DNA of 64,000 nucleotides from Candidatus Freyarchaeum deiterrae (GTDB lineage Archaea; Asgardarchaeota; Jordiarchaeia; Jordiarchaeales; Jordiarchaeaceae). The notes under the pieces were generated by a model. That model made no database searches and was not told where the DNA came from. It saw only the letters and a list, made by a program, of their open reading frames with translations. The first letter of the stretch is position 1. The number at the start of each line of letters is the position of its first letter. Both the position numbers and the translations under genes were made by a program. Below are positions 21,871-31,762 of the stretch, one piece after another. The stretch spans positions 1,088,001-1,152,000 of the forward strand of contig CP147778.1 in NCBI GenBank assembly GCA_037305845.1, given 5' to 3'.

Positions 21871-22548
21871 GTGTTAAGAAAGGATAAAACCCCGAAATGT
21901 ACTTTTCACCCAGACATAACTGCAGTAGGTAAATGTGATAAATGTGGACGCCCCTTCTGTAATATATGCCTTGATGAGACAAAGAAACCAGTAGGGAAGA
22001 GATGCGTAGAGTGTCTCACAGCAAAAGATTTGCGGCAAAAAACCAGTATAATGAAAAATGCTACCCTTTACGTAGCATTGGCGGCATGTATCGTTTTGGC
22101 AATCTATGGTATCCTGCCAAATCAGTCGTCTTCATCTACCTTAATTGCAGCGGCAATTTCAGGACCGTGGTGGTGGATTGCTGTAGCTAGTTTGCAAAGT
22201 CAGGCGCCTACATCCACTGTTTATGTGGCTTTAGTTGCTGGTGCTGGTTTTGCCGTATGGGCTGCGTATAGTACTAGGGGCGCTCTAAGGCTTCGTAGGA
22301 TTTTACCAGAACATGGATTCTGCCCGAAATGTGGCAATGTAGTTTTTGGTAAAGACACCTGTCCAAATTGTGGGAAAGAAATTCTAATTTCTCCTCCAGC
22401 TTATCCGGATATCCTTTGGCTCAGAGAATACTTGAGGATGAAAGAAAAAGTTGCAATCGACTATGATGAAGAATTAGAGAAGAGGAAAAAAGTGCTCAGA
22501 ACTAAGTACAGAGGGAGGAGAAAAAAAGTGGTTAGACCAGAAGAGTAG
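21871..22548 (+). CDS. B-box-like zinc finger membrane protein with zinc ribbon
   Basis: CTFHP...CDKCGRPFCNIC...CVEC, TM helices and CPKCG...CPNCG. Confidence 0.75.
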   Translation: MLRKDKTPKCTFHPDITAVGKCDKCGRPFCNICLDETKKPVGKRCVECLTAKDLRQKTSIMKNATLYVALAACIVLAIYGILPNQSSSSTLIAAAISGPWWWIAVASLQSQAPTSTVYVALVAGAGFAVWAAYSTRGALRLRRILPEHGFCPKCGNVVFGKDTCPNCGKEILISPPAYPDILWLREYLRMKEKVAIDYDEELEKRKKVLRTKYRGRRKKVVRPEE

Positions 22549-22631
22549 GAGTTATCCTTTGGTTCTCCGTTCTCAATGTTGCGTATAATTATTTTTTTTA
22601 AGAAAAATTTTGAGAAGAGGTCCTGTCTTAT

Positions 22632-23753
22632 TTAAAGATTTGCGCTTGCGTGCATTAATACGTCTACATCTGATTCAAAAAAGGCCAGGCTAGCAACAGA
22701 CCCTATGATTCCCATTTTCCCTGTTACTTCAAATACATCTATCCCACATTTTTTTGCTGTCTTTAGGGCGTCGTCGATTTTCACTTCTTCTGCTCTCACG
22801 CTGTTTGCAAATTTTTTAAGCTCATTTGGAATGTTTAATCCGTGGAGAACCGAAACAGCAGTGTTTTCTGAAAGAGTTGTTGCCCTAAGGAAGTCTATCG
22901 ACCTGTTAATTATTTCATCATATTTTGTAGGGTCTATAGCAATTTCTAAGAAACTAGCAGCGTTTCCCGCCGTTTTGTATTTTATGTTAGGATTTAACAT
23001 CACCACTTTGTGACTGATTTTTTCTACGCTTTCACCGAGGTGGTCTAGAAGTGATAATGAAAGAGCCCAAGTTGCTCCGTCATCTTCTGTGTCAGTATCA
23101 TCAATTCCTATGGTCAAGTGTTCCAATGCATCAGTAAAGATCCTACCTTCGTAGTAGCCTTCCTTCTCCTCAAGTTCGACGCGTAACACGCCTTTTGCGT
23201 TTTTCATTGTTTCGGTTAATGAGTGAGCCGGACCTCCAAAAGCTTTTAGCGTTTGGACAACTTTATCTCCTTGCAAATCTACTCTTTCGACCACTACGGA
23301 GGATCCCGTCGGTTTATCAATTTCCTTTTGAGGTGTACGTCCAAGCCGAAACTTTTCTCTAAGCATAAGGCCCTCGTATCTAGTACCAGTTATGGCACAT
23401 TCGGCTTTCTTATGTGTAAATGCACAGAACATAACCGCCCCCTCGCTGCTGCAACTGTGATATATCTCGCCAATTTCGTGAGTCTTGTCTATGGTAGTGA
23501 AAATTCGCTTACAAGCGGAATAAGGTAAACTAGGTTTTAATCTGAAAGCATATCTTGCAGGTTTGCGACCGCTTGCACCCTCCACAAGTTCTATCTGTTG
23601 TTCTTCAAGTAGTCTTTTCATCCAGTCCTGAACTGTACTTCTAGGAAGCCCCGTTTCAAGAATTATATCCTGGACTGTGAAGCTGCCTACCTCATCTGTC
23701 AATCTACGAACCAAACCTATGCATAGTTTACGTTTTTCAAGAATCTTAGACAT
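22632..23753 (-). CDS. HTH fused to a methanogenesis-marker-11 / TiaS N-terminal-like domain
   Basis: N-terminal wHTH (TGLPRSTVQDW), IGIDDTDTEDDGATW, KTAGN and GIIGSVASL. Confidence 0.75.
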   Translation of the reverse strand: MSKILEKRKLCIGLVRRLTDEVGSFTVQDIILETGLPRSTVQDWMKRLLEEQQIELVEGASGRKPARYAFRLKPSLPYSACKRIFTTIDKTHEIGEIYHSCSSEGAVMFCAFTHKKAECAITGTRYEGLMLREKFRLGRTPQKEIDKPTGSSVVVERVDLQGDKVVQTLKAFGGPAHSLTETMKNAKGVLRVELEEKEGYYEGRIFTDALEHLTIGIDDTDTEDDGATWALSLSLLDHLGESVEKISHKVVMLNPNIKYKTAGNAASFLEIAIDPTKYDEIINRSIDFLRATTLSENTAVSVLHGLNIPNELKKFANSVRAEEVKIDDALKTAKKCGIDVFEVTGKMGIIGSVASLAFFESDVDVLMHASANL

Positions 23754-23909
23754 AATTGCATTCTTCCATAATCATAATGAACAATTATAGAGTTAATAAA
23801 AAAAATTGCGATACTCCAGTAAAAAATAATAGAAAAATACGTTAAGGTAAGTAAAAGCAACACATAATTTTGAATGATTGTATTCAGAAATAATTGAAGT
23901 TTAAACATT

Positions 23910-25163
23910 TCAAGTCTTAGATAGGATTCGAGTCCAATCTATTGGACGTTCTTTTCCACATTTGGGTTGAAGAGGGCAGCCAGGACACAGGGTTAAGTAG
24001 ACTTCCTCCACATTCTTTCTAGTTAGTTGGCAAATAGTTCCATTTTTTAACAAATCTTCTATGGTTTTAACTATTTTCTCGGCTGGTATTTCAAGATCTT
24101 GAGCAATTTCGATAATGGTTCTTGGTTTTTTATACCAGTATAGATATTCTAATATTATGCTTTTTGCTTCGCCAAATTTTTCGATAAGAATGCGAGATAA
24201 TCGGGCCTCGTCACTCTCTGACTCCAAGACTGAAGAAGTTTTTGAACGGGGTATTTCTTTAAGGGGTTCGATTGTTTTATTATACATGGTGGTGGTTTCG
24301 GATTCTAGAGGTGTATAACTTTCAGCGGATACCAAATTGCTTTGGGACTCTGATTGTTTAGCGGATATTTTTTGGAGCCTTTTCATTAATTCGGAAACTT
24401 CCGGAGTAGAAGCGGCCTTCTCGACGGGTTTTGGTTTTTTTTCTTCTATTTCTTTTTTTACCGCTTCTTCGGGTACTGAAAATGACTGAACGACCTTAAA
24501 TTCTTTAATCTGGTTATATAGTTGTTGTAGCTCTCTTAGCTCATCTCTTAGGTCAGATTGCGTATCATCGGGAGCTGTTGTAACATCCTTTTGAGCTCGA
24601 ATACGTTCCTCGAGTTGTTTCTGTTTGGCTATTACAGTTTCTATCTTTTCTATAGTTGAATTCGTTTCCCCTTCTCTTTCTAATTCTGCTACCAGCCGCT
24701 TTTCTTCATCGTAAAATTTTTTCAATTCTTTTTCCAGATTTGAAGCATCCGAATTCTCAGTACTCTTCCCACGACCCGCCTCAGCTATTCTCTCCTCAAT
24801 GTTTTTTATGGCTTTTTGTACAATTCTTCGATAGCTCGATTTTAGATTATCGGAAAAGGTTGCATCTCTATCTTTTCCCAATAGAAGCTCCGCCTCTTCC
24901 TTCAGTGACTCTACGAATAACCCTTCAGCCTCTTTAAAACTTAGCACTATACCAAGCATAGATAACGCATCATTTTCGCCAATTGCATAATACAATATTT
25001 TAATGACACTCGTAGAAAAATATTGTATAGTTCTCGCTTCTATTTCCATTCCTGAGAAAATACCCAAAATATCATCAGGAGTCACCTCATTAGTATGAAG
25101 AATAGAAAAATCCAATGAAGTATTTTCATCTGAAAAACTAACACCAAAGATTCCCAAGGGCAT
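23910..25163 (-). CDS. Multidomain hypothetical: longin-like N-terminus, coiled coil, C-terminal wHTH with Cys cluster
   Basis: 417-aa ORF with a C-terminal HTH pattern followed by CPGCPLQPKC. Confidence 0.65.
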   Translation of the reverse strand: MPLGIFGVSFSDENTSLDFSILHTNEVTPDDILGIFSGMEIEARTIQYFSTSVIKILYYAIGENDALSMLGIVLSFKEAEGLFVESLKEEAELLLGKDRDATFSDNLKSSYRRIVQKAIKNIEERIAEAGRGKSTENSDASNLEKELKKFYDEEKRLVAELEREGETNSTIEKIETVIAKQKQLEERIRAQKDVTTAPDDTQSDLRDELRELQQLYNQIKEFKVVQSFSVPEEAVKKEIEEKKPKPVEKAASTPEVSELMKRLQKISAKQSESQSNLVSAESYTPLESETTTMYNKTIEPLKEIPRSKTSSVLESESDEARLSRILIEKFGEAKSIILEYLYWYKKPRTIIEIAQDLEIPAEKIVKTIEDLLKNGTICQLTRKNVEEVYLTLCPGCPLQPKCGKERPIDWTRILSKT

Positions 25164-25370
25164 ACTAAATCTACCTTGAAAGCGTTTTATAAATATACAT
25201 ATGAGATTAATAAATAAATTATTGGGAGAAGGATAACTATATTTCTTCGACAGTTTTACTGCACATATGGTTTAACTTTAATGGGGGTAAACTTTAAGGA
25301 TTCAGAAATGAAGAATTCCTTCTATTTATTATTGTAAAGCTTCACCATTTATAAAATTTTTTTAAATGTT

Positions 25371-26321
25371 CTAAAAACGGAAATCTTCAAGTAATGCCAC
25401 AAAAATTGAAGAGGCGGTAAGATCTGCAGTTGCACCGGGATTCATTTTACCTTTGAATCCTTGCAATTCTTCATCAAGTTTCCAACACATGGCTTTTCCA
25501 GTCTCTTTTAGCAAACCACCTTCTTCAAGAATTTTTGTCGCCCTTTCACTAACCTCCACTGCTTTTTCCCTACTCATTTTCCTTTGAATCAGAGAATCAG
25601 GGTTCTTTGAAAGTATTTCTAAAAAAGTATGCACTGTGGCTACGTTTACATCCATAGATTCTTTATAAATTTTCAAGAATGTAGGATAGCCTACTTCGAA
25701 GGTAATTTTCATACCTGTTATCCACTCTTTACTGATGTCGTCCCGTTCAGCGCTTATTCTGAAAATATCCTGCAAAATAATACCATCCTCTTTGATAAGG
25801 GATTTTGATAGCTTGTTTGTAGCATCGTATTTCTCGACCTTCCCCAAACCACCAGGATGAGCAATATCAATTGCTTCATAAACATCTAGTGTGTCATCGC
25901 TCGTGGTGTTTTCCATTACTCTTTCAACATTCCCTCTTAACTTATCTGGTGTAACTCTTCCGTGTGTAAGGGTTATGCCCGCAGCTACAGCTAAGGGAAC
26001 AAAAAGAAAAATAGTTCCCAAGTTAACGTTTCCGCCGTGCTGCCAATTGGCTGTATCCCTTACCGCTCCTAGAATATGTTTTCCCACTTTAGTTTCGTTC
26101 AGATTAATCTTACCAGAAGTTACTAGGCATCCATTTAAAGCGGCTCTTTTAATACTGGGGCCAATAGCTACTGCCCCCGCGAGAAAGTGTTCATAACGAG
26201 TTCTGGTGGTATCACGAATGCGGTGAACGTTTCCAGGTTTAGGATAACCGCTAACTTCTAGTAGTACCGCTAATGTAGCACACTGTTGAACCAAAGAGGA
26301 GAATTTTCCTCCCTTCTGCAA
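25371..26321 (-). CDS. citG: CitG-like triphosphoribosyl-dephospho-CoA synthase family protein
   Basis: LEVSGYPKPGNVHR, NLGTI, PDSLIQRK and NPGATADL. Confidence 0.85.
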   Translation of the reverse strand: MQKGGKFSSLVQQCATLAVLLEVSGYPKPGNVHRIRDTTRTRYEHFLAGAVAIGPSIKRAALNGCLVTSGKINLNETKVGKHILGAVRDTANWQHGGNVNLGTIFLFVPLAVAAGITLTHGRVTPDKLRGNVERVMENTTSDDTLDVYEAIDIAHPGGLGKVEKYDATNKLSKSLIKEDGIILQDIFRISAERDDISKEWITGMKITFEVGYPTFLKIYKESMDVNVATVHTFLEILSKNPDSLIQRKMSREKAVEVSERATKILEEGGLLKETGKAMCWKLDEELQGFKGKMNPGATADLTASSIFVALLEDFRF

Positions 26322-26535
26322 TCTTTTCCGCTCCTTCAGAATCAGAAATGAATTAGAGAGATATTTTAAACTTTTGCTTTAGTAGTTCTTTAATATCAAT
26401 TTGCCACTTTAAATAAATGTTCGAAGGGCGAAGATATCTCATGAGCCAGTGAAGTATATAATTTTTATTATTGTTTGATTCCGCGAAAATTATTTAACTT
26501 AGTAAGGATTATTAGCAAAATACTGTATACACTGA

Positions 26536-26631
26536 AGCCAGGTGGTGTAGCGGTCAAGCATAGGGGCCTCTGGAACTCTTATGAGTAGGAGTAAGCCTCG
26601 GACAGCAGTTCGAATCTGCTCCTGGCTACCA
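26536..26631 (+). tRNA. tRNA-Gln(CTG) with a 20-nt intron at 37/38 (26574-26593) and encoded CCA
   Basis: Acceptor stem AGCCAGG/CCTGGCT, anticodon stem GGGGC/GCCTC, T-loop TTCGAAT; the intron forms a BHB-like motif (CTCT/GGAG helix, GG^A and TA^A bulges). Confidence 0.95.
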
Positions 26632-26878
26632 ATTTTTACTCTGAATTTTTATTAGTTTCAGAAGTTCCACTGAAAGGGAGAATGCTTCATTTATTTTTTG
26701 TTCCTTTTTATGCGAGTATTAATTTGTTTTTATTTTTATTTACTTTATTGCGATATTCATTTCAATTAGAGAAAAAAAGTTATTAACGAGAAGCTCCCTT
26801 TTTAAATTAACAGGGTGTTACACGGGTGGTCAATCCGTAAAAACCTTAGGTAATTACTGTTGGAGAGAGGTTACCTGA

Positions 26879-27382
26879 ATGATTCATAATATATACATCC
26901 TCCAGCGTGAAGGACTCTGCGTTCTCCACCGGAAATATGGAAGTTTGGAAGCCGATGAAGACTTGGTTTCCGGATTTTTAAGCGCTATGACCAGTTTTGG
27001 AAAAAACATTAGCGGAAAAGAAGTAGAAAGTGTTATCTTTGGCGATAAAAAATTTGTTTCGATTCCCTCAGAGCACTTAATCTTTGTATCCTATTGCGAT
27101 ACTGGAGATGAAGTCAAAAACGTTCTCTCAAACGTCAGGGATAATTTCATTAAATCCTACGGAAATCTACAAGGATGGGACGGAGAAAGAGGCGCTTTCG
27201 AAAGCTTTTTGACTAAACTTGATGAGATAGTGGGCTCAAGAGGAAAAGAGGGTATCTTCCACTCAGATTCAACAGAGGAAATTTTGAATAATTTAAAACA
27301 GGGTAAAGTATCGGCTAAAGAGGCCACAGATAGAATTCTGGATTATTACCTCAAAAAATTGCATGAGAATAAAGAGGGTTAA
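26879..27382 (+). CDS. Longin-like (adaptin sigma/mu N-terminal-like) domain protein, copy 1
   Basis: MIHNIYIL..GLCVLHRKYG...DLVSGFLSAM.SF pattern typical of Asgard longin proteins. Confidence 0.8.
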   Translation: MIHNIYILQREGLCVLHRKYGSLEADEDLVSGFLSAMTSFGKNISGKEVESVIFGDKKFVSIPSEHLIFVSYCDTGDEVKNVLSNVRDNFIKSYGNLQGWDGERGAFESFLTKLDEIVGSRGKEGIFHSDSTEEILNNLKQGKVSAKEATDRILDYYLKKLHENKEG

Positions 27383-27481
27383 TAATAAAAGCCGAAATTA
27401 AGAAATTTAAAAATTTAGATTAAAATTAGGTTTGTTTTGCCATTTTAATTCTCCTCCCTTGTTAAGTTTCTCTTGCCTATA

Positions 27482-27627
27482 CTATAGGTAAGATTCGACC
27501 TTTTCTACACGCTCCATACCTCTATGAAGTTTACCAGTTCTTTGTTTTTTATGCAGTCTAAAATTTTGTGAAGCCCCTCTTTTGATAACGGTGGTTTTCC
27601 AACAGTCATGCCGGGAGCATTACATTC
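27482..27627 (-). pseudogene. Truncated, frameshifted duplicate of the 3' part of gene 28406-28732
   Basis: Translates ECNAPGMTVGKPPLSKEGLHKILDCIKNKELVNFIEVWSV*, matching the intact copy; the 5' half is missing. Confidence 0.85.
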
Positions 27628-27783
27628 GTTTTTTATTTTTTAATTTATATCATAATATATTAGTGATATTTGTTATAGAAAAAGGGTTATTAATGCTGAG
27701 TACATCTAAAAATTAGGGAGTTTTAATATAGTGGGCGGCTTGTAAAAATTTATTAGTGGTACTGTTGGAGAGATGTTACCCAA

Positions 27784-28332
27784 ATGATATATGATGTATA
27801 CATTCTAGTGCGTGACGGGCGTTGTATTCTCCACCGGAAATATGGAAGTTTGGAAGCCGATGAAGACTTGGTTTCCGGATTTTTGAGCGCATTGTCCAGT
27901 TTTGGAAAAAACATTAGCGGGGAAGAGGTAGAAAGTATTAATTTTGGCGATAAAAAATTTGTTTCGATTCCCTCAGAGCACTTAATCTTTGTATCCTATT
28001 CTGATAAAGAAGATGAAGTAGGAAATGTTCTCTCACACGTCAGGGATGATTTCATTAGCTACTATGGACCCCTACGAGAATGGGACGGAGAAAGAGGCGT
28101 TTTTAAAAACTTTTTAGCTACTCTCGATGAGATAGTGGGTGCAAAGGGAAAAGAGGGTATCTTCCATTTAGGTTCAACAGAGGAAATTTTGAATAATTTA
28201 AAGCAGGGTAATCTATCGGCTAAAGAGGCCACAGATAGAATTCTGGATTATTACCTCAAAAAATCGCATGAGAATAAAGAGGAGCAAGAAAAGCCGGAAT
28301 CCAGAAAGTTAAAGAGCCAGATTGGGATGTAA
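27784..28332 (+). CDS. Longin-like domain protein, copy 2
   Basis: Close paralog of 26879-27382 with long identical nucleotide tracts. Confidence 0.8.
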   Translation: MIYDVYILVRDGRCILHRKYGSLEADEDLVSGFLSALSSFGKNISGEEVESINFGDKKFVSIPSEHLIFVSYSDKEDEVGNVLSHVRDDFISYYGPLREWDGERGVFKNFLATLDEIVGAKGKEGIFHLGSTEEILNNLKQGNLSAKEATDRILDYYLKKSHENKEEQEKPESRKLKSQIGM

Positions 28333-28405
28333 TTGAAAAGTTCAGATTAAAATTGCGTTTGTTTTAATTTCTCAGTTCTCATTCCTTGTTTGGTTTTTCT
28401 GACGC

Positions 28406-28732
28406 CTATAGGTAAGATTCGGACTTTTCTGTGGCGCTCCACACCTCTGTGAGGTTTACTAGTTCTTTGTTTTTTAAGTCTTCTAAAATTTTGTGAAGTT
28501 CCTCTTTTGATAACGGTGGTTTTCCAACAGCCTTACGGGGGGCATTACATTCAGTGTAAAGGTTTTCGAATATTTTCCTTCCTTTTCCTATTATACTTAG
28601 GACAGTTAATTCTTCCTCTGAGAGTTTTTGTAGAGATTCTTTGGGTTTGGGAGTTAAGCCTTTTTTTCTCTCCAAGTATTCATCTTTCTTGACTTCTTTT
28701 TTGGGTTCTCCACTTTTCTCTTTTTTAAGCAA
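28406..28732 (-). CDS. Small basic wHTH-like protein
   Basis: Lys-rich N-terminus; LSEEELTVL...ELHKILEDLKNKELV pattern. Confidence 0.65.
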   Translation of the reverse strand: MLKKEKSGEPKKEVKKDEYLERKKGLTPKPKESLQKLSEEELTVLSIIGKGRKIFENLYTECNAPRKAVGKPPLSKEELHKILEDLKNKELVNLTEVWSATEKSESYL

Positions 28733-29040
28733 GTTATTTTTCCTCCAGTCCTTATCATCGTTTATATGTTTAATATATTTTTAGCGTTTTAAAAGTTATA
28801 TTTTTAACTTTTGGTGTTTCTACCATTTTTGAATTGCTAATGTCTAATAGGTTATTATAATTGTCTAGGGTTATGAAAATTTGTGTTTTTAGGTATCATA
28901 ATTAGCTTTTAAAGGAAAAAATCGTTAAAATTCGAACTTGATGCACCCTTTAAACTGGTGTCGTTAAGAGCAGGCGGGTTGTTCCGATATGCATAAATAT
29001 TTTAGTGAGAAGAAGCCCATAGCGAAGTGGGGCATTTAAA

Positions 29041-29637
29041 GTGAACATTCTCAATATCCGAAGAAAAATTTTTCACATGCTGGCTTTCCTTTTTGCCTTA
29101 CTATATCTTGGAGGAGGCTGGTTACCAGCAGCCACACTATCCATTTCAACTCTGGTGCTTTTTGCAATTATTGAGATGTGGAGATTGAGAAACCCCGATT
29201 TTCCTCTAAAGATTATGGTTAGTAAAATAATTAAACCTGATGAGAAAAATAGAGTGGCAGCATACTTCTACTTTGTTTTAGCTTCAACGATTCTCATATT
29301 TCTTTTTCCAGCGTACGTAATGATAATTTCAGTGTTAGTGGGAGGCATTGCGGACGCTGCAGCAGCAATTGTGGGATACGAATATGGGAAGCACCATTAT
29401 GAAGTTAGAGGAAACGTAAAATCCTTTGAAGGACTTATTGCCGGTGGTTCGCTAGCCTTTCTAATCACTTTTGGAGCAATGTTCTTTTTTAAAGGATTTT
29501 TCCCAGTCACCGCTCTAATCGTTGCACTTGTTTTTGTAGCCCTAGATTACTTCACCCCACCAATAAATGATAACTTACTCAATCCAATAAGTATTGCTAT
29601 AACACTTACCCTCTGCTCACTAGTACTAACAATTTAG
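29041..29637 (+). CDS. Dolichol kinase / CTP-transferase (SEC59/DGK1/VTE5) family membrane protein
   Basis: RRKIFH, ADAAAAIVG..YGKH, KSFEG and INDNL. Confidence 0.85.
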   Translation: MNILNIRRKIFHMLAFLFALLYLGGGWLPAATLSISTLVLFAIIEMWRLRNPDFPLKIMVSKIIKPDEKNRVAAYFYFVLASTILIFLFPAYVMIISVLVGGIADAAAAIVGYEYGKHHYEVRGNVKSFEGLIAGGSLAFLITFGAMFFFKGFFPVTALIVALVFVALDYFTPPINDNLLNPISIAITLTLCSLVLTI

Positions 29638-29839
29638 TTTCTAGTCACCCTTTAAGCATCATCTCTACGAATTTTCACCGAGAAACAGAATTTACTCGTA
29701 TTGGTTTTTGGAACCTTTCAAAGCTAGTTCGACTTCGAATTATAATAATTAGATCCATGAGGACATTTGCAGTACCTATTATTTATGGCTTTAATTGGTA
29801 TTAGATTTATATGGAATGCCAACCATTAATTTATGAGTT

Positions 29840-30424
29840 TTGAGGTGTTCTGTTTTGAAGCTGATTGTGGCGGTTACAGGTGCAAGCGGTGTAGTTTATG
29901 CATATAATCTTTTGAAGGAACTGAAAAAATTAAACGTTGAAGTTTTACTTATTATTTCCGAGGCGGCAAAGAAGATTATTGATGTGGAATTAGATGTTAC
30001 ATGGAGGGAGTTTTCCAAACTTTCATCCAGAATATTTGACAATTCTGATCTTGCGGCGAGTTTAGCTAGTGGGTCTTTTCTAGTAGATGGTATGATTATA
30101 GTACCTTGTTCCATGGCGACTCTAGCAGCGGTGGCTCATGGGTGCTCTGATAATCTGATTAGAAGAGCGGCGGACTGTACCCTAAAAGAAAATAGGCTTC
30201 TCATATTGGTTCCTCGTGAGACACCTCTAGGCTTATCTGGTCTAGAAAACATGATGAAAGCTAAAATGGCGGGGGCGGTTATTCTTCCTGCCATGCCTGG
30301 ATTCTATCATAAACCGAAAAATTTGGAGGATCTTGTAAACTTCGTAGTGGGCAAAATTCTGGATATATTAAAACTAGAAAATAACCTCTATCAGAGGTGG
30401 GGAACTGATGAGTGCAAAGAATAA
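29840..30424 (+). CDS. ubiX: Flavin prenyltransferase UbiX
   Basis: VAVTGASG, ASGS, PCSMATLA, RAAD..LKE.R, PRETP and PGFYH. Confidence 0.93.
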   Translation: MRCSVLKLIVAVTGASGVVYAYNLLKELKKLNVEVLLIISEAAKKIIDVELDVTWREFSKLSSRIFDNSDLAASLASGSFLVDGMIIVPCSMATLAAVAHGCSDNLIRRAADCTLKENRLLILVPRETPLGLSGLENMMKAKMAGAVILPAMPGFYHKPKNLEDLVNFVVGKILDILKLENNLYQRWGTDECKE

Positions 30425-30527
30425 AAAATTTTTCGTTAATATCCAAGGACTGCGGGGTGAGGCAGAGGAGTCTCAAACACCAGTAAATCAAACGTGGTTA
30501 TTCCTCAAAAATTAAAAAAGATTCGCG

Positions 30528-30803
30528 TTAATAGGTATACAGCTTCAAGAAAAATATATTCAAATCCGTTAAACAGCGATAGAGCTCAGCAAAATTATCT
30601 GTTTTTAGAGTGTAGTAAGCACACTTTTTCCCGGAACCTTCCGGAGGTTCTACTTCGATATAAACGGTATTGTATACTAAAAATGCACAATTGATTTGGG
30701 ATATCGGAATTTCGAAACGTTGGTTATCATTCGTAATTACTATTTTATCGGGATAGATTTCATAGTTTATTCCCTTGCAAAGAGATTCGGGCACCGTATC
30801 CAC
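30528..30803 (-). CDS. Small hypothetical protein, possibly PH-like fold
   Basis: Beta-rich pattern (EIPISQI) with a C-terminal helix; GAGGTG at the start. Confidence 0.5.
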   Translation of the reverse strand: MDTVPESLCKGINYEIYPDKIVITNDNQRFEIPISQINCAFLVYNTVYIEVEPPEGSGKKCAYYTLKTDNFAELYRCLTDLNIFFLKLYTY

Positions 30804-30995
30804 CTCACTTCTGATTACCTTATGGTTTTATTTATAGGTGTTCCAGTCCTAGAGTTTAGAGAGAGAATTTTCCAAATCTTGGTTAAATTAGATGGAAGAT
30901 TAGTGAAAAATAGATTAAAGTTAAGTTGTTTTGTTGTAACTTTTAAGTAGTGGATTGCACTATAATTTTAGTAGAACTTTTGGCAAATTTGGGGT

Positions 30996-31730
30996 TTGAG
31001 AATGTCTTCAGAAGAGGAAATAAAAAATATAAAAATTAAACTGAATTCTGCGGCTGATTCAATTCGAGATTTTATGCTTCAACTAGGTAAACTTAGACAG
31101 GACTTACTTAATCTATCTTCAAACTTGGAAAAATTAACAATAACTCACGAATCAGAAAAAGATATAACAAAAATAAGTGAACTGCCTCCACCACCAACTC
31201 CTAAATCACCATCTGTTTCAACGCCAAAACCTGCAGAAGTAACTAGCATACCTAAAACAGTTGATGCTGTTCCAAAAAAAGACCTAAAGGCTGAACAAAA
31301 AGTTCCTGAAAAAGTGATCGCTCCACCAACAGCAAAAGAGCCCACTTCAGCCCCTGTGCAAAAACCCTTGAAAGCACCAGTAACCGAAACTGCCGCCGCT
31401 CCCAAACCTATCGTAGAGCAGCTAAAAACTGAGCAACTGAAATCAGTTTCAGATTTGGGAACCTCCGCCATCCCACTAAACAAAGTGGTTAGCCTGTTAA
31501 ATGAACTGGAGCAACTCTGTGAAGGCAGTTTGCCAGCAGAGGAAGTTGCAAACAAAATTGAAAGCACTAAGAAATCTTTACAATCCTTAGTCCTTTATCA
31601 CCCAGTTTATTACGAGATGGATAAAACTATTAAAAATTTCAGAACTACTTCCCCCAAGCAACCATTGAACCCAACCGACAAGGCAATGTTATTATCAAAG
31701 ATTCCAGAGTGGAAAAAAAGAATGATGTAA
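30996..31730 (+). CDS. Hypothetical: N-terminal coiled coil, Pro/Lys/Ala-rich linker, C-terminal helical domain
   Basis: Amino-acid composition of the 244-aa ORF. Confidence 0.7.
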   Translation: MRMSSEEEIKNIKIKLNSAADSIRDFMLQLGKLRQDLLNLSSNLEKLTITHESEKDITKISELPPPPTPKSPSVSTPKPAEVTSIPKTVDAVPKKDLKAEQKVPEKVIAPPTAKEPTSAPVQKPLKAPVTETAAAPKPIVEQLKTEQLKSVSDLGTSAIPLNKVVSLLNELEQLCEGSLPAEEVANKIESTKKSLQSLVLYHPVYYEMDKTIKNFRTTSPKQPLNPTDKAMLLSKIPEWKKRMM

Positions 31731-31762
31731 TTTTTATTACTTTTTCCTAATTATTTTCTAGT

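Noticed and set aside
13611-26321. Methanogenesis implied by mpt, marker-11 and hdr/mvh genes
   Set aside because: No mcr or mtr genes are in the window, and these genes also serve the H4MPT Wood-Ljungdahl pathway.
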